64,000 bases of DNA from an uncultured Phycisphaerales bacterium (GTDB lineage Bacteria; Planctomycetota; Phycisphaerae; Sedimentisphaerales; Anaerobacaceae), in NCBI GenBank assembly GCA_963772725.1, contig CAVYYI010000001.1, positions 864,001 to 928,000 of the forward strand, read 5' to 3'. Positions within the stretch are counted from its first letter, which is position 1. Each line of letters opens with the position of its first letter. Positions 1-10,792 of the stretch are shown piece by piece. The position numbers and the translations under genes are program-made. The notes under the pieces were generated by a model. It was given only the letters and a program-made list of their open reading frames with translations. It was not told the origin of the DNA and did no database searches.

Positions 1-1187
1 TTTTACTGGCAGTCTTTATTATTTTTGGTGTCAATGCAGGTTTTTCGGCCAAGCCTTGTAATGCCGAGCCGATTATTGACGCTAACTATCCCGGCGGCAA
101 TATCATCGTCTATAAATTAAACGGCAGGATTGTTGACGGCAATACTGTGTATCTCCAGCAGGACTTGCGCGATACCCAATGGTGGTGGTTTTACTGGAAT
201 TTCCGTGTACAGGCGGCACAGGGCAGAACATTGAATTTCAAGTTTTGCCTGAAACATCCGAAACTGGGAATTTCACCTTTTGGAACACAAGGTCCGGCGG
301 TAAGTACCGATGGCGGCCAAAGCTGGTCGTGGCTCGGAGCCGATTCTGTTAAAGATGATACTTTCACTTATTCATTCCCGAAAGATGGTAAGGAAGTGCG
401 GTTCTGTTTTACTATTCCATACCTGCAGAAAGACCTCGACAAATTTATTAATCTTTACAGGGGAAATCCCGCTTTTTCCGTTAAGCGGCTTTGCAAAACC
501 GCAAAGGGAAGAATAGTTCCGCGGATTTACGCGGGCAAATTAAAAGGGGAGCCGAAATATCGAATCTTATTGACAGCTCGTCATCACGCGTGCGAGTCGA
601 TAGCGGATTTTGTTATGGAAGGGATTCTCGAATCTGCGATGGCTGATACCAGCGATGGCAAATGGTTTCGCGAAAATGTTGAGATTCTGGCCATACCATT
701 CGTAGATAAAGACGGCGTCGAAGACGGCGACCAGGGCAAATTACGCAGACCTCATGACCATGGCTACGATTATGGAGACAAGAGCATTTATCCGTCTGTG
801 GCGGCCATAAAAAAATTGGTTCCAAAATGGTCCGACAACAAGCTTCGAATCGCTATGGACATACATTGTCCCTATCTTGGGAGGGAGATTTATTTTACGG
901 AATGCCAGGTTAAGGATTACGAGAAGTACAATCAAAAATTTCGTCAGATTTTTAAAGAGGTTCAGACGGGCCCGCTGATATGGTATGGAAAATATCAAAC
1001 AGTGGTGCAGGGTAATTACGAGCCGACATTTCCTAACTGGGTTTCAAGCCTGTCCGGTATTCAGGTTTCAACTGTGATAGAAGTTCCGTATGCCAATGTT
1101 GGTGACGCGGTGGTAACGGCTGAATCCGCACGTTTGCTCGGCAATGACCTGGCTTGTGCGATGAAAGAATATCTCTGCGAACAGTAA
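1..1187 (+). CDS. Secreted M14-family zinc carboxypeptidase (cytosolic-carboxypeptidase-like); 5' end outside window
   Basis: Frame is open from base 3 (LLAVFIIFGVNAGFSA signal-like, DANYPGGN); zinc motifs ARHHACE and DIH; catalytic E in IEVPY. Confidence 0.8.
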   Translation, partial: LLAVFIIFGVNAGFSAKPCNAEPIIDANYPGGNIIVYKLNGRIVDGNTVYLQQDLRDTQWWWFYWNFRVQAAQGRTLNFKFCLKHPKLGISPFGTQGPAVSTDGGQSWSWLGADSVKDDTFTYSFPKDGKEVRFCFTIPYLQKDLDKFINLYRGNPAFSVKRLCKTAKGRIVPRIYAGKLKGEPKYRILLTARHHACESIADFVMEGILESAMADTSDGKWFRENVEILAIPFVDKDGVEDGDQGKLRRPHDHGYDYGDKSIYPSVAAIKKLVPKWSDNKLRIAMDIHCPYLGREIYFTECQVKDYEKYNQKFRQIFKEVQTGPLIWYGKYQTVVQGNYEPTFPNWVSSLSGIQVSTVIEVPYANVGDAVVTAESARLLGNDLACAMKEYLCEQ

Positions 1188-1236
1188 AAATGTCACTGTC
1201 TATGGTCGGAAAACAATGGGATATTTTCGCAGGCAG

Positions 1237-1614
1237 TTATTGCTTAAGACCTGTCAGGTCGCCGCCTTTTTGCTTTAAGAGGTTGTAATAAACATCGAAT
1301 CGCTCTTTAAGGTCAGCCATTGATTTAGCCAGATTGTCCATATCTGTTTTCAGTTTGGAAGCTTTCGAACCTATCAATTCAGTAACAGGAATAGCCTTTA
1401 GCTGTGCGGCAATTTTGTCCACATCGGCCTTTTTCGCTTCGAGCATGGCCTGATATTTCATTGCCATATCCTTTAGCTGTGAGACGTCCATTTTTTCGGC
1501 CTCTGCCTTGACCTCGCCGATAGGCTTATTCACATTCACGTCAGTCTTTTTGCTGCAGCCAAACATAAAAATGGCGCATAAGGCTAACAGGCAATAAACA
1601 TTCATCTTTTTCAT
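1237..1614 (-). CDS. Helical lipoprotein, hypothetical
   Basis: AGGAGA RBS before MKKMNVY; lipobox MFGC; coiled-coil-like body. Confidence 0.7.
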   Translation of the reverse strand: MKKMNVYCLLALCAIFMFGCSKKTDVNVNKPIGEVKAEAEKMDVSQLKDMAMKYQAMLEAKKADVDKIAAQLKAIPVTELIGSKASKLKTDMDNLAKSMADLKERFDVYYNLLKQKGGDLTGLKQ

Positions 1615-1795
1615 TGTTTTTCTCCTAAATAAAATGGTTAAAGTTTCAATCATAAGATAACAAAATCATTTTGGTAACTAATATAAATATCAGCCCCACA
1701 TTTCAGTTTATATCGGAATTATACCAAAGAGCCGGAAAGATGGCAAGATATTTTATTTGAATCCGCCAATAAAAAAACAGCAGGAAAGTCACGTG

Positions 1796-2551
1796 TTATT
1801 CAAAACGGTCAAGGAGACGTAATAAACCGTCGAGAATAGTGTACGGATGAGGCGGGCAGCCTGGGATGTACAAATCGACGGGGACAAGGCTGTCTGCGCC
1901 GTTATTAGTTTCGGGATGGTTAGCATAAGGGCCGCCTGAAATTGCGCATGAGCCGACCGCGATTACGATTTTGGGAAAAGCAACGGCGTCATAAGTTTTT
2001 TTCAAGGCAAGTTTCATATTTTGGGTAACCGGGCCCGTGATGAGCAGACCATCAGCGTGTCTCGGTGAGGCGACAAACTGTATTCCAAACCTGCCCAAAT
2101 CAAAGACAAGGGTAGAAAGAACGTTGGTATCGGCTTCACAGGCGTTGCAGCCGCCAGCGCTAACCTGCCGCAATTTGAGCGAATGGCCGAAAAGTTTTCG
2201 TGCTTTTTCATCGAGTTTTTGAGCAAGTTTGAACGGCTCGTCAGTCAAAACTAAATCGTTTCTTTTTGTCGCGGCGAGGGAATATTCGCGACTAAATGCG
2301 ATAACTTTATCGGGACAGGCAAGTTCGCATTTACGGCAAAAGAGGCATTTGCCCATATCGAGATTTATTTTGCCGTCCTGTATTGAAACAGCATCGACGG
2401 GACAGGTCTGAATGCATACTGTACAATCGCCGCAATTCGCACTGCGGATGATTGGCCTGCCGATGAAGCGTTCCGGCAAAGCGGGAGGCTTGTCCGGGAA
2501 AGGATAAGTACGGTAACTCTGTTTAAGACGTGATATTATAGTATGAAACAT
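1796..2551 (-). CDS. Ehr/Hyf small subunit (NuoB-like) fused to 2x[4Fe-4S] ferredoxin domain
   Basis: CGDCTVCIQTCP and CLFCRKCELACP; GGCNACE, SPRHAD, GSCA, PGCPP motifs. Confidence 0.9.
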   Translation of the reverse strand: MFHTIISRLKQSYRTYPFPDKPPALPERFIGRPIIRSANCGDCTVCIQTCPVDAVSIQDGKINLDMGKCLFCRKCELACPDKVIAFSREYSLAATKRNDLVLTDEPFKLAQKLDEKARKLFGHSLKLRQVSAGGCNACEADTNVLSTLVFDLGRFGIQFVASPRHADGLLITGPVTQNMKLALKKTYDAVAFPKIVIAVGSCAISGGPYANHPETNNGADSLVPVDLYIPGCPPHPYTILDGLLRLLDRFE

Positions 2552-2561
2552 AAGAGCAACC

Positions 2562-4032
2562 TCATAAATCGTGGCCACAATAAGAAAGGTTAAAACTTTT
2601 ATTGCACAGCGGAAAGTCGGAAATCTGCTGATTTCTCAAGGCAAATGCCAGGCCGAACCAGTTATGAAACGATGGGTCGATTATTTTGTAATGGCTGATT
2701 CTGCCCTGTGAGTCAGTAAGTGCGATGTGGCAGATTTCTCCTCGCCAGCCTTCGACAAGAGAAACTGCCAATTTATCCGGCGATAAAGATGGAATATTTG
2801 AAGAAATCACACCGGAGGAAAGATTTTCGAGCTGATTTTTAATAAAATTAACACTTCGCTGAATTTCGAGCCATCGAACATAGGCGCGAGCGAAAACATC
2901 GCCGGTGTCCCATGTCGAAATCGGAATCTGGCAGAACTGGTAAACGCCGCTGGGGAAATTGAATCTTGTGTCTTTTTCAAGGCCGCATGCGCGGGCGGGA
3001 ACACCTACAAGCCCCAAGTCGGCGCAATCCTGCGGCACAAGTGTCCCCGTGTCGTCAAACCTATCCATAACCGACGAGGTAGCCCAGAGGAGATTGACCG
3101 CGGAAGAAACATCGCTGAGAGCTTTATCAAGTTTGTTTTCGAGTTCGGAAATGATTGAACTATCGAGGTCATATTGTACGCCGCCGGGAGACAGGAGTCC
3201 CCTGCCGAAACGATTGCCGCAAAGTAAGGCGGTCATATTGAGGAAATCGCCTCTGATTCTGCCGCAAAAAGACGCGGTAGGCAAAAAACCAATATCGCCA
3301 GCGAGAGCGCCGAGGTCGCCGGTATGATTTGCGAGCCGTTCAATCTCGAGAGCGATACCTCTGATTGAATGAGCACGCGCAGAGACATTGCAGTTTGAAA
3401 GTGTTTCAATGAGTCTGCGAATACGCGAAGGTGTGGCCGACGGTTGTATCGCCGGCGGCGGTTTCCATATAGTGAATTACCTTTTTTTGAGGGCTGGCTA
3501 TTATAGCTCTTTCGACGCCACGATGCTGGTAGCCAAGAGATATTTCAAGATGGAAGACGTCTTCGCCGTGACATTGAAAACGAAAATGGCCTGGTTCGAT
3601 AATGCCGGCATGGACGGGACCGACAGCAACTTCGTGAACTTCAGAACCATGCAACTGGAAGAAATCTGTTACGCCCGGCTCGATGGTTTGAAACCTGATT
3701 GGTTTAAGCCATGGATGTCCCTGCGGAATTATCGAATACTGTTCAGCTATTTCGCGTTCAAACCAGTGCGCCTGGGGGCAATCAGGAGTAATTGAAGTAT
3801 AATTGTCGGTGACACTGGCGGACAAAAGCTGAAGGATTCCGTTCGAGTCATCGGCCAGAACACATATCAGTTTATATTTCCCTGATTCGGTGGGGACCGC
3901 GTAAAACGCGGCAATACGCAGGCCGTCGTGAACTTTGTCGATAACGGTCTGTCGAAATTCAGAAAGAGCGAGCAAAGGGATATTGCCGGTGCTGACAGGT
4001 TCACAGTTAAATATTTTTAGAGTCTTTGTCAT
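2562..4032 (-). CDS. Ehr/HyfG-like large subunit (NuoC+NuoD-like), frameshift near 3413, no NiFe-binding motifs
   Basis: FEREIAE, VGPVHAGIIEPGHFRF, LEIERLANH, VEGWRGE, C-terminus SFNLSYCGHDL; the two ORFs join with one indel. Confidence 0.85.
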
Positions 4033-5507
4033 TAGCTGCCTCCAAGAACCGCGGAAACCTCATGCAGCAGGGTATCCAACGCGGGGGGAATAAATAAGCC
4101 TAACATAAGGACTATACAGGCCAGAATTGCAGGCGGCACAATTGCCAGGAACCGCTCAGATTTTTTTTGCTGTTCGAGCGGCGCGGCGGGCGTACCCTGA
4201 GCCATTTTAAGGCAGATGGATATTATGCCTACGAAAATAACAATGAGCAAGGCCAGATAAGTGAGAGTGACATAAGGCCTGCCCTGTTCGAAGCCTGAGC
4301 GAAGAATTGTGAATTCACTTATAAACATTCCGAAAGGCGGAAAGCCTGTTATAGCCAGAATACCAGCGAACCAAAGGATGCCGGTTTTGGGCATTACCTT
4401 TAACATTCCCTGTACATCTTTGACGTTTTTTGTTTTATAGACCGTCAGAATATTTCCGGCAACCAAAAACAGGGCTGCCTTGGTCAGGGAATGATTAACC
4501 AGATGGAGCATAGAGCCGAAGACGGCGGCCTTACCGAGTCCAACGCCGAAAGAAAGTATCCCCATGTGTTCGACGCTCGAATAGGCAAGCATTCTTTTGT
4601 AGTCAGTCTGGCCGATAATGAAAACAGCGGCACAAATCATAGAGAACAAACCAAATATTATGAGCAGATTTTTGGCAAAATCAGCCAAGCCAGCGGCGTT
4701 ACAAACCTGCAATGCCCTTAAAATTCCAAGAAACGCACAATTAAGCATAGCCCCGGAAAGAAGCGAAGAAATGACGGAAGGCGCTTCGCTGTGAGCGTCC
4801 GGGAGCCAGGTGTGCAAAGGGGCAAGACCCATTTTTGTGCCATAGCCGACAAGAATAAATATAAACGCTGTTTTGACCCAGACAATATTCAGTTTGTCGG
4901 CGTTTTTAATAAGTTCGCTTACCATAAGTACGACCGGTTTGCCGCCCGGAACGGAAGCAGCGGCAGCGAGAAAAAAATTACCGAGAAGCGCAATGGCGAT
5001 ACCGACCGAACAGATGAGAAGATATTTCCACGTTGCCTCAAGGGAACGATGGTGACGGTGGAAATAAATCAATGGTGCGCTGACGAGAGTTGTCGCTTCC
5101 ATAGCGACCCACATAAGACTGAAGTGCTGGCTTAAGGTCAGGAAGGTCATTGTGCCGAGAAATGAGAGCATGCAGCAGACGAAAATCGCGTCGGGGGCGT
5201 TTGAGAATAACGCGCCTTCCTCGAAATCCTCCTTCTCACGGATTTTTTCATTTCTGAGGTATCCAATCGCGTAAAAAGCGGCGGCGAGAAAAAGCACGCT
5301 TGTAACGCTGAGAAAAAGGCGACCAGTTGAATCAAGTTCGAGCCAGCCGCTGAACAGCGGCTTTGGCGAAATAAACCATGCGGAGGTTGTCAGTATAAAA
5401 TGCGCAACGGCGGCAAAAGCTAAGATTAAGTGTCTTAATTTGTCATTTCGGATTATTAAGGCCAAAATGGCGGATACAAACGGTATAAGAAACAAACCCC
5501 AAAGCAT
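4032..5507 (-). CDS. hyfF: HyfF-like proton-translocating antiporter subunit
   Basis: GYGTKMGLAPLHTWLPDAHSEAP, KRMLAYSSVEHMG; multi-TM. Confidence 0.88.
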   Translation of the reverse strand: MLWGLFLIPFVSAILALIIRNDKLRHLILAFAAVAHFILTTSAWFISPKPLFSGWLELDSTGRLFLSVTSVLFLAAAFYAIGYLRNEKIREKEDFEEGALFSNAPDAIFVCCMLSFLGTMTFLTLSQHFSLMWVAMEATTLVSAPLIYFHRHHRSLEATWKYLLICSVGIAIALLGNFFLAAAASVPGGKPVVLMVSELIKNADKLNIVWVKTAFIFILVGYGTKMGLAPLHTWLPDAHSEAPSVISSLLSGAMLNCAFLGILRALQVCNAAGLADFAKNLLIIFGLFSMICAAVFIIGQTDYKRMLAYSSVEHMGILSFGVGLGKAAVFGSMLHLVNHSLTKAALFLVAGNILTVYKTKNVKDVQGMLKVMPKTGILWFAGILAITGFPPFGMFISEFTILRSGFEQGRPYVTLTYLALLIVIFVGIISICLKMAQGTPAAPLEQQKKSERFLAIVPPAILACIVLMLGLFIPPALDTLLHEVSAVLGGS

Positions 5508-5509
5508 CG

Positions 5510-6142
5510 CTAACTCCTTAACTTTGAAAGCTGGTCAGTGTCGATATGGTCGAACTGGCGGGATATATGGAAAATTGTTATGCCCATTACAAAAACGGCA
5601 ACGAAGGCGTCGAGCAGAATAGCCAGTTCAATTAACAGCGGCTGTTCCTGTGAGATTGCGATACCGAATGCAAAGATGCCGTTTTCGAGAATCAGATAAC
5701 CTATTACCTGTGTTAAGGCCTTTTTTCTGCTGATAATCAAAAACAGACCGACAATCAATGTGAAAAATGAGACTGGCACGATGGTTGAACTCCCTGTTAT
5801 TATCTGTAACGGCAGATTGGTACTAATCCACCATGAAAAAATAATGGCAAGCAGTCCGACAACAATAGAAAGACCGTAACCAACATACGGGTCTTTTTCG
5901 CGATTGATATTTAACTGGCCAAGCGTTCTCAGCAACATCCGCGGGAAAATAATACCTTTGACAGTTATGGTTATCACGGAAAATATCAGAAGTTCGGCAG
6001 TGAAACCTCCGACGAGCAGCGGCAAAAGGCCAAGGGCAACTCCCTGGCACGCGACAATTCTAATGCAGGCGCTTAACCTGCCGGTCGCGAGAATAACAAG
6101 ATTCGTCAGAGTCAACAGTATCATTACAAATTCAATCCACAT
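5510..6142 (-). CDS. hyfE: HyfE-like membrane subunit
   Basis: Multi-TM; QVIGYLILENGI; ends HIDTDQLSKLRS; operon position. Confidence 0.82.
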   Translation of the reverse strand: MWIEFVMILLTLTNLVILATGRLSACIRIVACQGVALGLLPLLVGGFTAELLIFSVITITVKGIIFPRMLLRTLGQLNINREKDPYVGYGLSIVVGLLAIIFSWWISTNLPLQIITGSSTIVPVSFFTLIVGLFLIISRKKALTQVIGYLILENGIFAFGIAISQEQPLLIELAILLDAFVAVFVMGITIFHISRQFDHIDTDQLSKLRS

Positions 6143-6144
6143 TT

Positions 6145-7062
6145 TTACTTCCTTAAGACGAACACCATAGCCAGAACCGAAAAAGCGGCTGCGGCAAGAA
6201 TAAATTGCGGAACGCGCAGAAGGCGAAATCTCGCCATACATGATTCTATAATTCCTATCGTCGCGGAAACAGCGAAAATACCGATTATCGAAATCAAAAG
6301 ATTTAGCCAGATATTTATATTAAAAACAGGAATAATAATACCTATAAAAATGGAAGCGAAAACCCAGAGCTTCAACGCTGACGTGTAAAGGATAAAACCA
6401 AAATCAGGGCCGCTGTAATCGAGAACCATAACTTCATGAATCATAGTCAGTTCAAGATGTGTATTGGGGTCATCAACGGGGATACGTGAGTTTTCGGAAA
6501 GCATAATGATAAACAGAGCGGTACCGACAAAAAGTATTATCGCCAAATTGGCAAACCAGAAATCCTTTGTAACGCAGGCGAAAATATCAGACAGGCTGAA
6601 TGTTCGTGTTGCGCATGCCATCGCGGCCAGAGCCAAAAGCAAAGACGGTTCAACTAAGGCGGAAAACTGCGCTTCACGGCTTGCGCCGATACCCTCGAAG
6701 CTCGAACCGGTATCCAACGCGGCGATTATCATGAAAAAACGCATCAACGCCAAAAGATAAATTATCAGGAAAATATCACCCGCGAAAGAAATCAGGGTAT
6801 TATTATGACCGAAAGGAACCATCAGGATAATAATTAATATCGCGGCTAAAGATATCAAAGGGCTTAACCTGAAAACCCATGAAGTTGTTTGACTGTAAAC
6901 GGCGCCTTTATGGAACAGTTTCCAGAGGTCGAAATATCCCTGCAGGAGAGGCTGGCCTTTTCTGCCCGCGAAAATCGCCTTTACGCGATTGATTATCCCG
7001 AATAACAGCGGTGACAGAATCAAGGCGGCCAACGGATGAATAAATCTAATCATAATACCCAT
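6145..7062 (-). CDS. hyfC: HyfC/NuoH-like membrane subunit
   Basis: GRKGQPLLQ, ALDTGSSFEGIGASRE, ENSRIPVDDPNTHLELTMIHE. Confidence 0.9.
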   Translation of the reverse strand: MGIMIRFIHPLAALILSPLLFGIINRVKAIFAGRKGQPLLQGYFDLWKLFHKGAVYSQTTSWVFRLSPLISLAAILIIILMVPFGHNNTLISFAGDIFLIIYLLALMRFFMIIAALDTGSSFEGIGASREAQFSALVEPSLLLALAAMACATRTFSLSDIFACVTKDFWFANLAIILFVGTALFIIMLSENSRIPVDDPNTHLELTMIHEVMVLDYSGPDFGFILYTSALKLWVFASIFIGIIIPVFNINIWLNLLISIIGIFAVSATIGIIESCMARFRLLRVPQFILAAAAFSVLAMVFVLRK

Positions 7063-7068
7063 AACTAT

Positions 7069-9062
7069 CTAAGCTTCCAAAATCATTAAAATTATCAAAG
7101 TTAACGCTATGTAGAGAATATAAAGCTGAACATTTCCATGCTGGAGCCACTTTAGTTTCTCGAACGTTGAACCGACAAATTTAAACAGCGGCTGAAACAT
7201 ATATTCCCGGCTGAACTCCGGAGTATGGCTTTCGAATTGTCCATTTTGCGGAAAGAAACCTCGCAAGCCTTTGAGTTTTTTCTTTGTTCGCAAAATCAGT
7301 TTAAAGGTATCCACGAGCGGCTGAGCGAAGGATGAGGCGGTATATTGCATCCTCGGCGCAGGCCGTGCGTATCCGCAATCCCATGTAACGTCAGTTTTAA
7401 CCACCCTCGAAGAGAGAATTCGTTTTCTGAGTATAACAAGCAAAACAGTCAACCCTGACAGGCAAATCGCCACTAAGGATATTTTGAATAAAATCGAACT
7501 GAAAGGAACAAGCTGCTCACCGACGGTCAAGGCATCAAGTCCTGTTATTTCAGCTATGCAATATCGCAGCGATTTTACGATAAGGGGAGCAAACAAGCCG
7601 ACAGCGACGCATGCAGCAGCAAGAAAGAGCATGGGAAGTTTCATTGCCCTGCTTACCTCATGTGCATCCGTAACACGTGAGCTTCTCGATTCGCCGAGAA
7701 AGACTATACCGTAAACCTTTGTAAAACAGGCAAGAGCCAAACCGCCTATCAACGCAAGCGACCCAATAATTAAAATGGAACCTGCCAGCAAGGGGAATTG
7801 TTTTGAAATTACGCCTTTAAATGCGCCGGAATAAATAAGGAACTCACTTATGAAACCGTTCAAAGGAGGAATGCCGCAGATTGCGACAGCGCCAATCAAA
7901 AAAGCAATCGAGGTAACAGCCATTTTTTTACCAAGACCGCCGAGTTCATCTATTTCTCTGGTATGTGTCGAAGAAATTACAGAACCGTGCCGAGGAAAAG
8001 CAGGCCTTTAAATAAACTGTGGTTTAAGACATGTAAAATCGCACCGGCAAAACCCGCGACGGCGAGCGTATTGCTGCCGTAAGTAATACCTAAAACACCA
8101 AGTCCCATGCCCATTGTAATTATACCTATATTTTCAACACTGTGATAAGCAAGCAGGCGTTTTAAATCATGCTGTGCCAATGCAAGAAGCACACCCAATA
8201 CACCCGAAACAGAGCCGATGCCTATGAGCAGCCAGCCCCACCAGCCGAGAGGAGTCGGCAGGAAGGTTAGAATTCTTATGATTCCGTATATCCCTGTCTT
8301 AATCATCACGCCTGACATCAGGGCTGAGACATGACTTGGAGCCGCCGGGTGCGCTTCAGGAAGCCAGATATGAAAAGGCACAAGACCGGCTTTAGTGCCA
8401 AAACCGATAACACTAAGAACAAATAAGATTGATGCCGTCGTTGGAACAATGGTTTTAGCCGCTGCGAATTTGTCAAAGTCTGTCGAACCGCAATAATTGG
8501 CAAACATCGCAAACATCACAAGTAAAAAGGCCGTTCCGATGTGGGTTGCGATGAGATATGTCCAGCCGGCCTGCTGAACTTCTTTATGCTGGTCTTCAAA
8601 TGTTACGAGGAAAAATGACGCCAGAGACATTATTTCCCACACGATTAAAAACAGAATAGCATTACGAGCAACGACAACCATCGCCATTGCCGCCACAAGA
8701 ACATTGAAAAAGAACAAAACACTGGAAAGAGGTTTATGTTTATACTCAAGAATGTATTTGCTGCCATAAATCGCCGCCGCGGAGGAAAGAACAAATATAC
8801 AAATGAGAAAAAAGGCGGATATGGCGTCAATTTCAACATAAAAAGAGGCGGAGATTAAAGGCCAGTCGGTACGAAAGGATGTTTTATTGCCGGTCAATAG
8901 TACCTGTGCCGCGGGGAGCAGGCAAATTAAAGAGCCTAAAACTACGCCATAAGAGGCCGCGAAAATAGAGGCTCTTTTATTAAAAACAAAAGCGCTCAAT
9001 CCCGTGATAAAAATCAGGGCAATACCAAACAAAAATAATATTACAGGTGAAAAAAATGACAT
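7069..9062 (-). CDS. hyfB: HyfB-like antiporter subunit, frameshift near 7985
   Basis: GFGTKAGLVPFHIWLPEAHPAAPSHVSALMSG, KRLLAYHSVENIG, TWDCGY, MQYTASSFAQP. Confidence 0.88.
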
Positions 9063-9082
9063 GAACGACTCCAGAAAAATGT

Positions 9083-9775
9083 TTACACTGATGTTTTTGC
9101 CTTTTTAATTTCTGAATCAATCCGTTCGAGATGGCCTAAAAGCACTTCTCTTGCGGCCTGTGTTTTCAAGGAATTTGTAAAATCCGCGTCGCGAAGTGCG
9201 TAACCGAGATGCGAAAGCAGATTCAGATGCGCCCTGACGGTGGGACTAACGATAGTAAAAAGGCAATAAACCGGCTGGGCATCAATGGCATCAAAATCAA
9301 CGGGCTTATCAAGAAAACACAAATTAATCATCGGCGACGGGACGTGCAGCACTATCGGGTTTCGAACATGAGGAACAGCGATTCCATCGCCAATACCGGT
9401 CGAGGCCAGGGCCTCTCTGGCAAGAAGGACGTTCAGCAGAAACTCTTTATTCACTTCAGGAGGCAGATTCATAAGTTCTACTACGCCGCGAAGGACAGAA
9501 GTTTTGTCATTGCCGCTTATGCGATAGTGAATCCCGCCCGATTTAATGGCATCAAATAAACCTGTAAGCGAGACTTTTTCGCTTTCCGGTTCACTGAAAA
9601 GTTCGACCGAAACTTTTATTTTATTCGCTGTCGCCCACTCGAGCAGTTCGGCGCGGTTAAAACGGTACTGATTATTTACCCTATAGCCGGGCAACGCATT
9701 CTGCTGAACCCAGCGATAAACCGTTTTTTCACTTACAGACAACAACTTTGAAACATCTCTAACATTAAGCTGCAT
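9083..9775 (-). CDS. Excisionase-type HTH fused to PTS IIA (PtsN/Fru-like) domain
   Basis: MQLNVRDVSKLLSVSEKTVYRW...YRFNRAEL; REALASTGIGDGIAVPHVR with phospho-acceptor His. Confidence 0.88.
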   Translation of the reverse strand: MQLNVRDVSKLLSVSEKTVYRWVQQNALPGYRVNNQYRFNRAELLEWATANKIKVSVELFSEPESEKVSLTGLFDAIKSGGIHYRISGNDKTSVLRGVVELMNLPPEVNKEFLLNVLLAREALASTGIGDGIAVPHVRNPIVLHVPSPMINLCFLDKPVDFDAIDAQPVYCLFTIVSPTVRAHLNLLSHLGYALRDADFTNSLKTQAAREVLLGHLERIDSEIKKAKTSV

Positions 9776-9957
9776 ACTAACCTCAATATCAACCTTTGTC
9801 TCATTACTTAGACAATGATGGACATATTCTTGCGATTGTCCGGTATTTGTCAAGCAAAAAATGAACTTTGTAACCGTCCGACCAAGTACATATTGTAAAT
9901 GCTGATGAGGTAGGGATAATCGTTTTTGGTTTTGAGGTTTATTTAAGGAACAAAATC

Positions 9958-10311
9958 ATGAGCGATAATGGTAAAGTCACAAAAGCGGACCAGACCGAGT
10001 TCTGGAAAATGGTTTTGGAAACATACAAATCAAGCAATCTGTCAATTCATCAATTTTGCAAACAGGAAGGTCTTCACGAATGGGCATTTTACTCTTGGCG
10101 TAGAAAGCTGGCAGGTCAGCAGCCTCAAAAATTCGTTACTCCAACAACACCAGATAATCCGGCATTTATCGAAGTTCCCGTCATACGCCCAAAGCCGCAG
10201 CCATTGGAACTTATACTAAGAAGCGGTCATATACTGAAAATACCCTCTGACATTGACCAGGGCACAATCAATAAGGTTTTCTCTGCATTAAAGGAAACAC
10301 AGTTGTGCTGA
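9958..10311 (+). CDS. tnpA: IS66 accessory protein TnpA
   Basis: SNLSIHQFCKQEGL...FYSWRRKL HTH; first IS ORF. Confidence 0.9.
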   Translation: MSDNGKVTKADQTEFWKMVLETYKSSNLSIHQFCKQEGLHEWAFYSWRRKLAGQQPQKFVTPTTPDNPAFIEVPVIRPKPQPLELILRSGHILKIPSDIDQGTINKVFSALKETQLC

Positions 10312-10664
10312 CTTTACCCTGTTCGGTACGTATTTTTGTCTCTGTTGATCCAACTGATATGCGTTGCAGTTTCGACCGTCTGGCCGCGATGACACAAACT
10401 ATTTTAGGGCAGGACCCTTTAAGCGGTCATCTGTTTGTATTTTTCAATCGTTACCGCGACAGATGCAAGATACTATTCTGGGACAGGACGGGGTTTTGTC
10501 TATGGTACAAAAGGCTGGAAGAGGGTGTATTTCGATTGCCGCATCATTCTTCAGTAAAATGTCTTGAGATGGATTTGGCAAGGCTGACGCTGGTTCTCGA
10601 GGGCATAGACCTTTGTTCGGCACATCAGCGAAAAAGATTTTCAATTGGAAACGGCATATTTTGA
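10305..10664 (+). CDS. tnpB: IS66 accessory protein TnpB
   Basis: PTDMRCSFDRL, HLFVFFNR, WDRTGFCLWYKRLEEG. Confidence 0.93.
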   Translation: MLTLPCSVRIFVSVDPTDMRCSFDRLAAMTQTILGQDPLSGHLFVFFNRYRDRCKILFWDRTGFCLWYKRLEEGVFRLPHHSSVKCLEMDLARLTLVLEGIDLCSAHQRKRFSIGNGIF

Positions 10665-10792
10665 TAATCTCAAAAAAAATATTTCACTTTTTTTTGAATA
10701 TTATCATTATTTCTCTTGACATTATCCGATTATATGATATATAGGAGTCATCGTTACGGATAATGATGTAGAAAAAAGCTTTAACGGAATAA

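Noticed and set aside
1796..9062. Bona fide NiFe hydrogenase-4 / formate hydrogenlyase
   Set aside because: The large subunit lacks both CxxC motifs, and no fdh or hyp genes are present.
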